Position numbers and translations under genes: made by a program
Origin: the human T2T-CHM13v2.0 reference genome, Homo sapiens
Reading direction: 5' to 3' (one strand)
DNA length: 64,000 bases
NCBI RefSeq assembly: GCF_009914755.1
Contig: NC_060932.1
Shown here: positions 1 to 10,535 of the stretch, one piece after another
Layout: the number at the start of each line of letters is the position of its first letter
Position numbering within the stretch: the first letter of the stretch is position 1
The notes under the pieces: model-generated
Database searches by the model: none
Seen by the model: only the letters and a program-made list of their open reading frames with translations
What the model was told of the DNA's origin: nothing

Positions 1-525
1 GAATTCAGGCAAGTCTTGTCTCCCCAGCCAAACTGTTTGCTTCTTGGGGCAGGGACCAAGTCTTCTATCTCTTTTGAATCCTCCAAAGCATTAAGTGTCT
101 GCTAGGGCGAGGCCTCCCTTGACCTAAAGCACATGGCATTCACATCCTAGGTTCCTCAGCAAGGCATCTGTGGGGCAGGAAATATTTCAGAAATGAAGAT
201 CAAGCTGTTGGCTCTCCAGGCATGAGCTGGGTTTCCAGAGAAAACCCAGTCAAGGTTTAGTCTCTCAGATAAATGTTACTTATGCTACTGATTCAGAAAG
301 TCTGTCTAGATTCAGTTATTAGGAAAAACACTATATTATTCCCCAAGAATAAGAATGTTAAAGAGACATTTCTCCCACCAATTAACTACCGTTTATGGCA
401 CAATAATAGGATTCAGGCTGAAAACCTGAGAATGGGTGGATAAAAATAGACTCAATATCCACTAATGACACTGACTGCTCAAAGCACTGAATCCAGGAAG
501 AAAAGAAGAATATTTATGACAAACT

Positions 526-817
526 GGCAGGGCGTGGTGGTTCCTGTAATCTCAGCACTTTGGGAGGCCAAGGCAGATGGATCACTTGAGGCCAGGAATT
601 AGAGACCAGCCTGGTCAACATGGTGAAACCACATCTCTATTAAAAATAGAAAAAGTAGCCGGGCATGGTGGTGCATGCCTGTAATCCCAGTTACTTGGGA
701 GGGTGAGGCAGAAGAATCACTTGGACCTGGGAGGCAGTTTGCAGTGAGCTGAGATTGCGGCACTGCACTCCAGCCTGGGCAACAGAGAGAGACTCTGTCT
801 CAAAAAAAAAAAAAAAA
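526..817 (+). mobile_element. Alu SINE
   Basis: Dimeric Alu with A-rich linker and poly(A) tail; TTTATGACA on both flanks (TSD-like). Confidence 0.95.
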
Positions 818-959
818 TTTATGACAGACAAGCACATAAATAGAGGGTAAGGGAAGCTCCATATGGACTAGATTGAGGAAAGCTAAACCATTTCTGTTGT
901 TGCCATAATAGAATACTAAAATTATAATACCAACCATTGGGACAAATGTATTACCAGCA

Positions 960-1135
960 TTATATCTTTTAATTCTTATAACAACCTGTGGGTAGGTATA
1001 ATTATTATCCCCATTTTAGAGGTGATGAAACTGAGGTTTTGAGAGGTTAATAACTTGCCCAAGTTCTGCAGATAAATACTTGGGGTGATTCAATCCAGGG
1101 GTACCCCACTGAAGTCTATGCCTTTCCACTGCCCT
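960..1135 (-). mobile_element. MIR fragment
   Basis: Reverse MIR core CCCCATTTTAGA..GAAACTGAGG..AACTTGCCCAAG. Confidence 0.8.
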
Positions 1136-1467
1136 TGACCCCAAGGGCGTTCTTGGCCATTTCAAGCCTGAGGGTGTTCAGGCAGCCCTGACAGGCTGGC
1201 GGCTGGGCAGGCCTATATGCCTCGGCCGTTAAAGAGCTAATCCATGGCAGAGGAAAAATGCTAGGAGGTCCCACTCAGGCTCTGTCCCTGAGCACTCTAT
1301 TCAGACCAAGACAGGTCTCTAGAAGGGAACCATCTAGTTCCAGCCCTTCTTGTCACTGAGGATAAAATTGAGGCCCAGGGAAGTAAAGTGACCAGCTAAG
1401 GTCACCTAGATAGTTAGCAGTGAAGTGCAATTGCTAAAGCTTTTTATTTCTTTCTTTTTTCTTTTTT

Positions 1468-1498
<31 letters not shown>

Positions 1499-2439
1499 GG
1501 TCTTCTCCAGGCATAGAGTAGTCAGGACTCTGCAGGATCCTCAGGGCATCTGGGAGGTGAACTGCAGATAATGATGCCACTCCCAGTAGCAACTACACAT
1601 CATTCAGTTTAATTCCACAATGTATTTACTGGGGTCCTATTTCAGGACCAATATCCTGCTAGGGCAAAGAGAGAATAATCACTCAGAATATAGATCCTTG
1701 CTCTCTTGATCTGAATAATCAAGCAATTGTGTTATAAAGCGGTCATGTGCATGCATGCACCTGTGGATCCATTCCATGAGTATTCATTGAGAACCTCCTA
1801 GGGGCCAGGCAATATTTCAGCTACAGAGCAAATGGCCCTTGTTGGGATATGAGACTCATCTTTACCATTGTGTTCTGCTGAGCCCCTACTGCCCATCTGT
1901 GTAGTCCAACTGCTCCAATTCAATGACCTGTCCTCAGTACATCCAGCAAATGCAACAGGGCAGGAGGTGTGTCCAAAGAATCCAATGTGTTCCATTCAAA
2001 ACATTTACCTGAGCACATACTGACCCAAAAAACAACAGCAACAAAATACAAACCTGACCATCTCTGGGCTATGACAAACCGGAGCAGAATGACTGGCCCT
2101 CTCCAAGGCTCATCCATTCCCAGATCAGGAGGCCAGGAGGCCTGCTCATCCTATACAGAAAACTACCCCACCGTGTCCACAAGCCCTGGCCACCAGTGAG
2201 GTGCTGGCACCTCTGTTGTGCACCCCACCAAAGCTGTCTTCTGGTGTCTCTTCCCCTCCTCATCTCTAGCTTCGTTTTAATCTAATTCTACCTGTGTGCG
2301 TGTTCGGGGATCTGCACACAGCAGACATTCTGCTGTGCCTGCATCCCTGCTGCCTAATCAATGTGATGTCCCTGAACTTCCTTTCAAAACAAAACAAGTT
2401 TACTTTCACAAAGCTCTCCCTAGGTTTTAAACACACCAC

Positions 2440-2620
2440 ATAAATTAATTCACTCCCTCCTCAGAATAATCTCACAAGGCACGTGTTTTGTTATCTCCTT
2501 TTTATAGATGAAGTGACCAAGTCACAGAAAAGTAACTTGTCCAAAGTCACATAGCTAATATGTAGCATGGCCAGGATTTGAGTCTAGGTAGCATACTTCT
2601 TAACTATTGTGCTATACCGC
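2440..2620 (-). mobile_element. MIR fragment
   Basis: TTTTATAGATGAAG..AAGTAACTTGTCCAAAGTCACATAGCTA..CAGGATTTGA. Confidence 0.75.
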
Positions 2621-2635
2621 TTCCTGGGTCAATCA

Positions 2636-3133
2636 TTTCCCTTCCTTCCTTCCTTCTTTCCTTCCTTCCTTCTTTGCCTCCTTCCCTCCTTCCTTCCTTC
2701 TCTTTTTCTCTCTCTCTCTTTCTCTCTTTCCTTCTTCCTTCCTTTCCTTTCTTTTCCTTTCTTTCTTTCTTTCTTTCTTTTTCTTTCTCTTTTTTTCTCT
2801 TTCTTTCTTTTTCTCTCTCTCTCTTCTCCATTTCTTTCTTTCAAGACAGAGTCTCCCTCTTTCTTCCAGAGTGGTCCCCCAGTGGTGCAGTTATAGCTCA
2901 CTGCAGCCTCAAAGTCCTGGGCTCAAGAGATCCTCCTGCGTCAACACCCCCTTCCCCCGAATAGCTGAAACTACAGGCGTGCACCACCACACCTGGCTAA
3001 ATTTCTTTATTTTTTGTAGAGATAAAGTCTCCCTATGTTGCCCAGGCTGGTCTTGAACTCCTGGCCTCAAGCAATCTTCCCACCTCCACCTCCCAAAATG
3101 CTGGGATTACAAGCACGCGCCACTGTGCTGGCC
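2636..3133 (-). mobile_element. AluJ-like element with tail expanded into a (CCTT)n/(CTTT)n microsatellite (2636-2843)
   Basis: Antisense Alu body 2844-3133; AATCATTT on both flanks. Confidence 0.93.
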
Positions 3134-4369
3134 TAATCATTTTCTAGTGCTCATAAGGGTCCTCTCCAGTTCAGCTCTGGCTGGAGAAAGCCTTCTGCCT
3201 GGGTTTGGAGGCTGTGCCCACGTCAGGAGAAAGGGAATGGAAGAGAAGGAAGGGAACAGAATTCTTCCTAGGAATTAAGTTCTCATCAGGACTGCTCTGA
3301 AAGGGTGGTGAATCCTGGTTACCTGAGACACCCAGACTATTATTAAACTTGCACTTCCTGAGCAGATACTAATATAGCAATAGATGGGGTGCGAGGGGGC
3401 TCCAGTATCCTGAGAGGGAGGGGCCGGAAGCACGCTGCAGAATGTCAACATGCTGTCACCCATGAGCAGGGGACATTGGGAAACACCAGCAGGCAGACCC
3501 AGGTGAGAGAACCCCAGGGCCTCCTCACACCTTCTCTGGGGGTTGGGGTGGCCTAAGTTTTCCCTAGGACAAATCATGACTGACCTCAAGATTTTTAGTA
3601 CAAAATTCCTATCTAGAAAGGCGAATGGAAACTGAGCTAATATCAATTGCTGTAAACAGTCATAAGGCAATACCACTTTCCCAAGGGGTCTTGTTGGAGC
3701 AAAATGCAGCTTCTTTAACGCAGCCACTGTCAGAGCTCTCAGGAAGAGATTTCAGGTCCTTTCCTGGGGGACCTGCAGCCCAGCCAGAAGACAGGCAGCA
3801 GCCCTGATGTGGAGCTGTCTGCTTGTGCTTGGGGGATCTGAGAGCCGCACTGGGGTATGAGGAAAGACAGCTGTCCCCAGCCAGCATAGCCTGGTAGCCC
3901 TGCCTTTACTCCCTTGACGATGGAGAAACAGAGGTGAACACTGGGCCCTAGTGAGTGTGTGTTTTATTATGTTTCTTTCCTTTTGCCTTCCAGAAAGGTG
4001 TGCTGTTACAGCTTTACAAACTGTCTCCAGGCTCCCCAGTCTGACTACCATTGGCAAAAATAAAATGAATAAGTTAAAGGTGTCACTGAGGAAACAAGAC
4101 GCCTGAGCGGAAGTGCTGGGCTCCCTCTTAATCTCTCAACCCGAACTCGGGACATTGGGAAAACCCCTGGGGTTCCCTGTGCTGTCTGCACCCGACCCTG
4201 GAGGCTGGGCAGGGTGGGCTGGGACGTCACTGGGGAAGACCTGGCTGAGATGCACTGCTCGACCACTTGATGCTGTGCTCATCTAAGGCCCCAAACCTCC
4301 ATTTCCCCATTGCTAAAATGGGGATCTTGCCAGGGGGCTGCGAGAATCGAAGGGGACAGCGGCAGAGAG

Positions 4370-5470
4370 CTCCAGGCTTGCCAGGGCGCCCAACAGGTCT
4401 GCCTTCCTCTGCCCCATTCATTTCCTGCTACCTGGGGGCCTCCGGGCGCCTCACGTTTCTGAGTTTTAGGGGCCAGACGTGCCGCAAGCCAGGTCCCCGC
4501 CCGGCCCAAGGCCGTGCATCTCCCACCCCCTGCTGAATCTACCCGGCCAGGCTGTCCCCTGGGGTGAGGGGACTTGGCCTCGGCCAGGGCCCGGCCCCCC
4601 TCGGGGCACCCCGGCGGCGGCTCCACGCTCCCGCCCGTGCCCCTCTTCCAGGCCGGCCACAAGTCCCGCTGCCTCCCAACCCCGGCTCCAGCCCCTCCGC
4701 GGCCGCAGCCTTCAGGCCAGAGGAATTTTCCTCTGGATCCTGCTAGAAGCCTCGGCAGCAGAAGGGCAGCCCCAGCGCGCGCACCCGCACCCGCCGGGGA
4801 AAGTTGGCGCCGGGCAGCCGGGCGCGGAGCCACAACCCGCAGGACGGACGCAGAGCCCCGGCCCCGGCCCCGGCCCCGATCCCCGCGCCCCGGCCCCGGC
4901 CGGGCAACCGCGACAGCTCGTGCACTCACCGCAGGGTCTGGCCCGGACCTGCCCTGTCGCGCTGCCATCGTCCGGCGCCCGCGCTGAAATCCGAGCCCGG
5001 CTCCCGCTCCCCCTCCCGGTTATCTGCTGGGCGGCGCGGGGAGCGCCAGCAAGTTACGCGACATCTGGCTAAAAATACAGGCGCCCTCCACTCGCCCCGG
5101 CCCGGCCCTGGCCCTGCGCTCTCCCGCCCGCCAGCCTGCCGCTAATGGGATCTCTTCATTTTCTCTCCATGATTATGTCAGATGGGAAAGTTAATGCGAA
5201 GCGCTCTCCGGAGAGCAGGCACCTGCTGCCAAGCCCTGCGAAGGGGGTGCGCGCGGGGGCGCGGGCGGGGGTGCAGCCCCAGCTGCAGGTGCCGGCCGGC
5301 GGGCTCGGGGCGGGCGTCCTGCCCCTGCGGAGGGGAGGCACACACGTCCAGTGGAGGTGAGGAGCTCCAAGCTGCATGGCCTCCCTCCCTGCCTCCCGCC
5401 TCCCCGAATGCCCTGGTGAATGGGCCCCGGAGCTTGCCGAGACGTGGCCGGGGTGAGCTCAGCAAACTCT
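4370..5470. promoter_or_regulatory. ANK1: CpG island / promoter of an alternative ANK1 first exon (probably 1A)
   Basis: Very high GC and CpG density; TTATCT (GATA) 5020-5025, CATCTG E-box 5062-5067, MEF2-like CTAAAAATAC 5069-5078; minus-strand ATG and donor inside the island. Confidence 0.85.
4930..4968 (-). CDS. ANK1: Putative coding part of alternative first exon (exon 1A), MAARQGRSGPDPA
   Basis: Kozak GGACGATGG (A at -3, G at +4); 39 nt; donor GCG|GTGAGT at 4929-4924; phase 0, same as exon 1E; in a CpG island downstream of 1E. ANK1 is known to have alternative first exons 1A/1B/1E. Confidence 0.65.
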
Positions 5471-5989
5471 GTTTATGCCCCATAACCGATTTGCATGTTT
5501 TGAGCTCTTCCATCGTGTCGTGAGATACCAGTTAATCAGCCTATTCCAGATTCTGCCTGAGAGCCGCCAGACGCAGCTGGGTTGCAGGAGGGCAGAGCTG
5601 TCACTCCCCGCTGCCTCCCGCACTGCTCTGACGCTGGCGGTTAACTAGCGTCACCCGAGGCTGTGTCCGTGCAGTAAGCAACCAGTGTTCTGTCCTGGGA
5701 CCACTATCACCCTTTCATGCAGTCATTTCAGGGGCAGATGTCAAAACCCATGTTTGGGATTTTGGAGAAGACTTGGGGTGACATCATCAAGAGTAGGCTC
5801 AATTCAGAGGGATGAGGGAACCGTAAGTAAAAGCAGTGTCAGGTAACTGGGCCCCTGGCAATATGGCTTGTTCAGATCATAGGTGTTTTGTATCATAAGC
5901 CGGCTTCTTGCTGGCTTCAAGTCACAGTCAAGACACAATACCAAATGCTCTTTTCCTCTCCCGCTGTCCCCTGACATTGTACAGTACAG

Positions 5990-6210
5990 CTGCGCGTTGG
6001 TGAGGAACTAGCACGCTGAGCGCCTATTAGCTGATGGACATACTGCATTATCTCATTTAATCCTCACAGCCACCCATAAGGTAGGCAACACTACTACAGT
6101 TGGATAAATGAAGAAACTGAGCCCAGGGAGGTAATGGGTGGAGACCAAGGTCACCACTAGTAAATGGTGGGTCCAACTGGTTCTAAGCCAAATTGATCCA
6201 AAGCCCTGCC
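5990..6210 (-). mobile_element. MIR fragment
   Basis: TCTCATTTAATCCTCACAGC..GAAACTGAGCCCAGGGAGGTAA. Confidence 0.75.
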
Positions 6211-6290
6211 ACTGGCAGCACCAGCAAGATTCCTAACAATAGTGTACTCAGCGCCAGGAAGAGATAATGTGGGGGATGATCTTGAAGGAT

Positions 6291-6580
6291 CATAATCCCA
6301 GCATTTTGGGAGGCTGAGGCGGGGGGATTGCTTGAGGCCAGGAGTTCAAGACCAGCTTGGGCAACATAGTGAGACCCCCTGTCTCCACAAAAAAAAAAAA
6401 ATTAATTAGCCAGGCAAGGTGGCACATGCCTGTAGTCCTGGCTACTCAGGAGGCTGTGACAGGAGGATCACCTGAGCCCAGGAGTTGGAGGCTGCAGTGA
6501 GCTATGATTGCAACACTGCGCTCCAGCCCAGGTGACAAGAGTGAGACCCTGTCTCTAAAAAAATAAAAATTAAAAAAGAA
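6291..6580 (+). mobile_element. AluJ-like, slightly 5'-truncated
   Basis: Both monomers, linker and A tail. Confidence 0.93.
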
Positions 6581-7189
6581 GAAAATACTGTGAGAGTGTG
6601 TTACAAAGCCAGGTACGCTTCAAAGCTATGCAGCAATCGGGGCATCCCAAGGAAGTGGGATAATCAAAGATCAAGAGAAAAGGCCAGGGTGTTGCCAAAA
6701 AGAGGGATCTGAAATGTAATAATACAACTCCTCCCCATGGGGGTTAAAAAACTGGTATTTGAAGATGACAATGTGAGAATTCTCCAGGCATAAGATCCTC
6801 CACAGCACTGGGGCTGAACTTGAGGATGGGCACCCTCTCGAAGGCAGCAGCCTGTCTGGATGTAAGTCACACAGCCCCTTCCCTCCCCAGGCACATGCTG
6901 CTAAAGCCCAGCTCACCCTCCAGGTCTCTCGCCTTGTACCTCTGAAAACCACCTTCCAGATTTGCTAGAATCCTCTACACAGAGAACTCCAATTAATAAA
7001 TGATGGTTACTGGAACATCCCTGATCACAGCCCAGTGGAATATCTCAAGGGATTCTAATGCACTGTTCCAACATTAATATTTAGAGAGAGAGAGAGAAAA
7101 TTCCCCGCTCAGATGAGTAAATAATATATATAATACTTTTAAAAACACGAATGCAATTGACTTGCACAATGAACTGAAAGAGATACTAT

Positions 7190-7543
7190 TTTTTAGCAAC
7201 TATTTGAGGATTAATTGACACACTACGAGTTGCACATTTAAAATGTACAATTTGCTAAGTTTTGGCATATGTATATCCCTGAAACCATGGCCACATAAGA
7301 TAATGGGCATAATCACCTCCAAAAGTTTCCTCATGCCTCTTGGTATTCCCTGCCTCCTGCCGGCCAGTCCACATCCTTGTCAAGACTTGGTATGATCTGT
7401 CTTAATTCAGACATCCTAATAGATGCACCACATGGCTAATTAAAAAAAATTTTTTGTAGAGAAGGGGTCTGTTGCATTTCCCCAATAACTGATAATATTA
7501 AACACCTTTTTCAGGTGCTTATCTGCCATCTATATATCTTCTT

Positions 7544-7574
<31 letters not shown>

Positions 7575-7960
7575 GAGGAAGAGTTTAGCTCTTGTTGCCC
7601 AGCCTGGAGTGCAATGGCATGATCTTGGCTCACTGCAACCCCCGCCTCCCAGGTTCAAGCGATTCTCCTGCCTCAGACTCCTGAGTAGCTGGGATTACAG
7701 GCATGCGCCAACATGCCCAGCTAATTTTGTATTTTTTTAGTAGAGATGGGATTTCTCCATGTTGGTCAGGCTGGTCTTGAACTCCTGACCTCAGGTGCTC
7801 TGCCCGCCTCGGCCTCCCATGTTGTTGGGATTACGGGCGTGAGCCACTGCGCCCAGCTTATATATCTTCTTTGGTGATACATCTGTTCAAATCTTTTGTC
7901 CATTTTTAAGTTGGAATGTTTGTTTTCTTATTGAGTTTTGAGAGTTCTATCTATACAGAA
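7190..7960 (-). mobile_element. Old L1 3' fragments interrupted by an Alu
   Basis: T-rich antisense L1M-type phrases (GTTGCATTTCCCCAATAACTGAT, TTCTTATTGAGTTTTGAGAGTTCT). Confidence 0.65.
7543..7857 (-). mobile_element. AluSp-like
   Basis: Full antisense Alu; TSD TATATATCTTCTT at 7531-7543 and 7859-7871. Confidence 0.95.
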
Positions 7961-8699
7961 TATCTGTCTTAAAGGTGAGATAAACAGATCTTACAAGTAA
8001 AATATTCAAAGCTCAGTAGCAAAACATTCCCAGTCGCATTTTGGTACTCGGTTCTTATAATTCTTAAGCTGTATCTTTCTTCATATTATACAACGCTGTG
8101 GGTTATATACAATCACAAATTAAAAGATGTGATAGTCATAGTGGACCAGAAGCTGAATACAACCCACAGCACTCTGAGTGTAATGGGAAAGATGCTGAAG
8201 TATTATCAGAGGACTTTAGTTCTCAGAACTGCCAAGAATTCTTGACATTAGTCATGACCTCCTTAGGGTTGAGGCTTTGAAAAACTTAGGCAGGCGATGA
8301 GTCAGGCAAGGCCCAAGAGGAGGAGAAAGAACACAACTACAAACATGTTGCTCAGTGAGGCCTGAGGCTAAAGGAGCTGAGATGATAAAGCTAAGGGAGA
8401 GAGCCCTTGAAACATAAATTCCAGCACTGCAGCCTGGAATGCCACATTGGAGCTAATTATATGGTGCCCAGTCCCAGGTGTGGTGGCCTGCCACCAGGAC
8501 TGAATTCTAAATGTCTCCCAGGCAGAGACAGCTTGGTTCTCATGTTCCAAATTCCCAGTCCCTCTCCCTTGCTTTCCCCACCTACTCCTCTATGTGACTG
8601 GCACAGTGCCGGGCAGTGCTAAACACAGTGATTACTGACTGGTGTTAGAAGAATGATGTCCCCAACACTTCCATGAGTCATAAAGAAACTGTAAGTCTT

Positions 8700-8925
8700 G
8701 GGGTTCAATTGCTATGGAAAAGATTTAGATTCCACAGAAAGAACTTTCCAGCTATAAGAGATACGTGACTTAATAGAACTCTTTATTCAGAAAGGGTTTA
8801 ATCTTTGCAGGAGATCCTTCAGGATGGCAGAAAAAAAAAACCTCAACATTTGATCTGGCATATAGACCACTGGGTAAGCTGTACGACTTGGAAGGGTCTC
8901 TTTGGGCCCTAGGGATTCAGAAAGC
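8700..8925 (+). mobile_element. CR1/L3-like 3' fragment
   Basis: AGATTTAGATTCCACAGAAAGAACTTTCC resembles the L3 3' region. Confidence 0.45.
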
Positions 8926-10409
8926 TAAACTATTGTTCTTTTCCCCATAACTGACTGTCCCCTCAACCTTCCATCACAACCACACCCTTAGACCACAAAT
9001 AATCATCCTGCTTCTCCATCTGCATTTTGTTCATACTTCAAGGCTGCACGTTTTAATGTAGGCATTTAGTGTGCTAAGAACTTGCTAGTGAGATCAAAAC
9101 AAACCACCAGAAAGGAATTGATGGGCTGAAGAAAAGGCTAAAGACTCTCGGCAGACACAGGCCACTGTTCTAGCCTGTAGCTTCATGGAGTCTTCAGGCT
9201 TTTCCCGTCTTGCTAAATATTTTACCTACTGTCTCCTTGCAGGTCTCTCTGCAGACAAGCATAATGAAAAGCTGGAGGCCTCGCCTGTGGGGTTCTGTCC
9301 TCTGGGCCACATGCAGCTATGCCAAGCAGGGATGATGTGGGAGAGAAGAAAGGGAAGAAATAGACTATGCAGCACTTAAACCCCCAGCTCACTCCTGGCT
9401 TGATGCAGTGGGCTGTTCTCAGTATAGACAGGGACTCTGGGACACTTGATGGGCTGCTGCTGCTGTCAATTCCTGCAGGGATTTCACGAGCTGGAAGAAC
9501 ACAAGCCTGCAGCAAAGAATCCCATGCGAGTGGGATTCTCAGGCGACTCTGCCTCCCCAGGATGATTTGGGAGAACAGGTCCGGGCTGCTTCAAATGGTG
9601 GCCAGTCAGAGACATGAAGTGGCTCCTCTCTACAGGGACATCAGAGCTGAGATCAGGGCAGCCCCAGGATTCGAGAGAAGGGCATCCTGGCAGCTCAGGC
9701 CCTGTGGCAATGACCGTCGCGCTTAACCCTCTTATGCAATCAACTCAAACCCAGAACTCAATAGCAACAACACTATTTGCTTTCTGGACAGCCTCTTAAG
9801 AGGCTCTAAATCAGTAGGTCTCCCACAATTGAGCTGTGCAGCTTTTGATAAAGGAAATGACTTTTCTGAGCATTGATTTCTTCATCAGTAAAATGAAAAT
9901 AGCTTCACCCATCTCTCCAATATTGGGAGAATAATGTAAAATGCTGACCACCACTTCTGGCACATTTGGTAAGTGCTCTATCAATGACAGCTGATGCTCT
10001 TTTTTCCTCCTCCCCTCCATTTCTTCTCGACTAAAGCTTTTGTCAAAGGTTAATGTCTCCCCCAGAGGTGTGGGTTGTCACTGATCTTGCTTCAACACTG
10101 GAAAATCAAGGCCTCATCACTGCTTACCCAGGGTCAAACACCCATGGTCAAGATCAGGATCCCAAGAAATCTCAAAGCTCTACCCTGCACCCAGACCTCT
10201 TGGGCTTACAATGCACCCTTTTCAATGCCCATATTCTCTGCAGCAAAGAAACAATGTGTGGACTCAGTTGTGCCCCCACGCTCCCTGTCCGCAGCTGCCC
10301 TTGCAGTGTCCTGCTGCTGGCTGTGGCCAGCTGACCCGTTGGGCTCTCCTCCTGACCCTCCTTCCATCTGTTCCATCCTCACCCACCCAAGGAGCCGCCC
10401 CTGCTCCTA

Positions 10410-10535
10410 GAGACTCTGGGCACCACTGATAAGGGTGGGTACCAGGAACTCCACCCTTTACCGAGAAAGGCAGGCTGGTTTATCGCCACTCAGACCCAGC
10501 CAGCGACCACCCTGGGGAGTGTGTCAGCCACCAGG
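10410..10535. promoter_or_regulatory. ANK1: Candidate erythroid intronic enhancer
   Basis: CTG(N8)TGATAA TAL1:GATA1 composite 10416-10432, three CACCC boxes, TTATCG 10480-10485, MARE-like TGTGTCAGC 10520-10528. Confidence 0.65.

Noticed and set aside
2578-3056. Phe/Ser/Leu- or Lys/Glu/Arg-rich ORFs here and at 40423-40890, 42626-43030, 45360-45776, 59369-59833
   Set aside because: Translations of microsatellites and Alu sequence.
4279-4929. 229-aa Arg/Gly-rich ORF and overlapping ORFs in the CpG island as stand-alone genes
   Set aside because: Stop-poor GC-rich DNA is open in several frames; only the first 13 codons precede a consensus donor.
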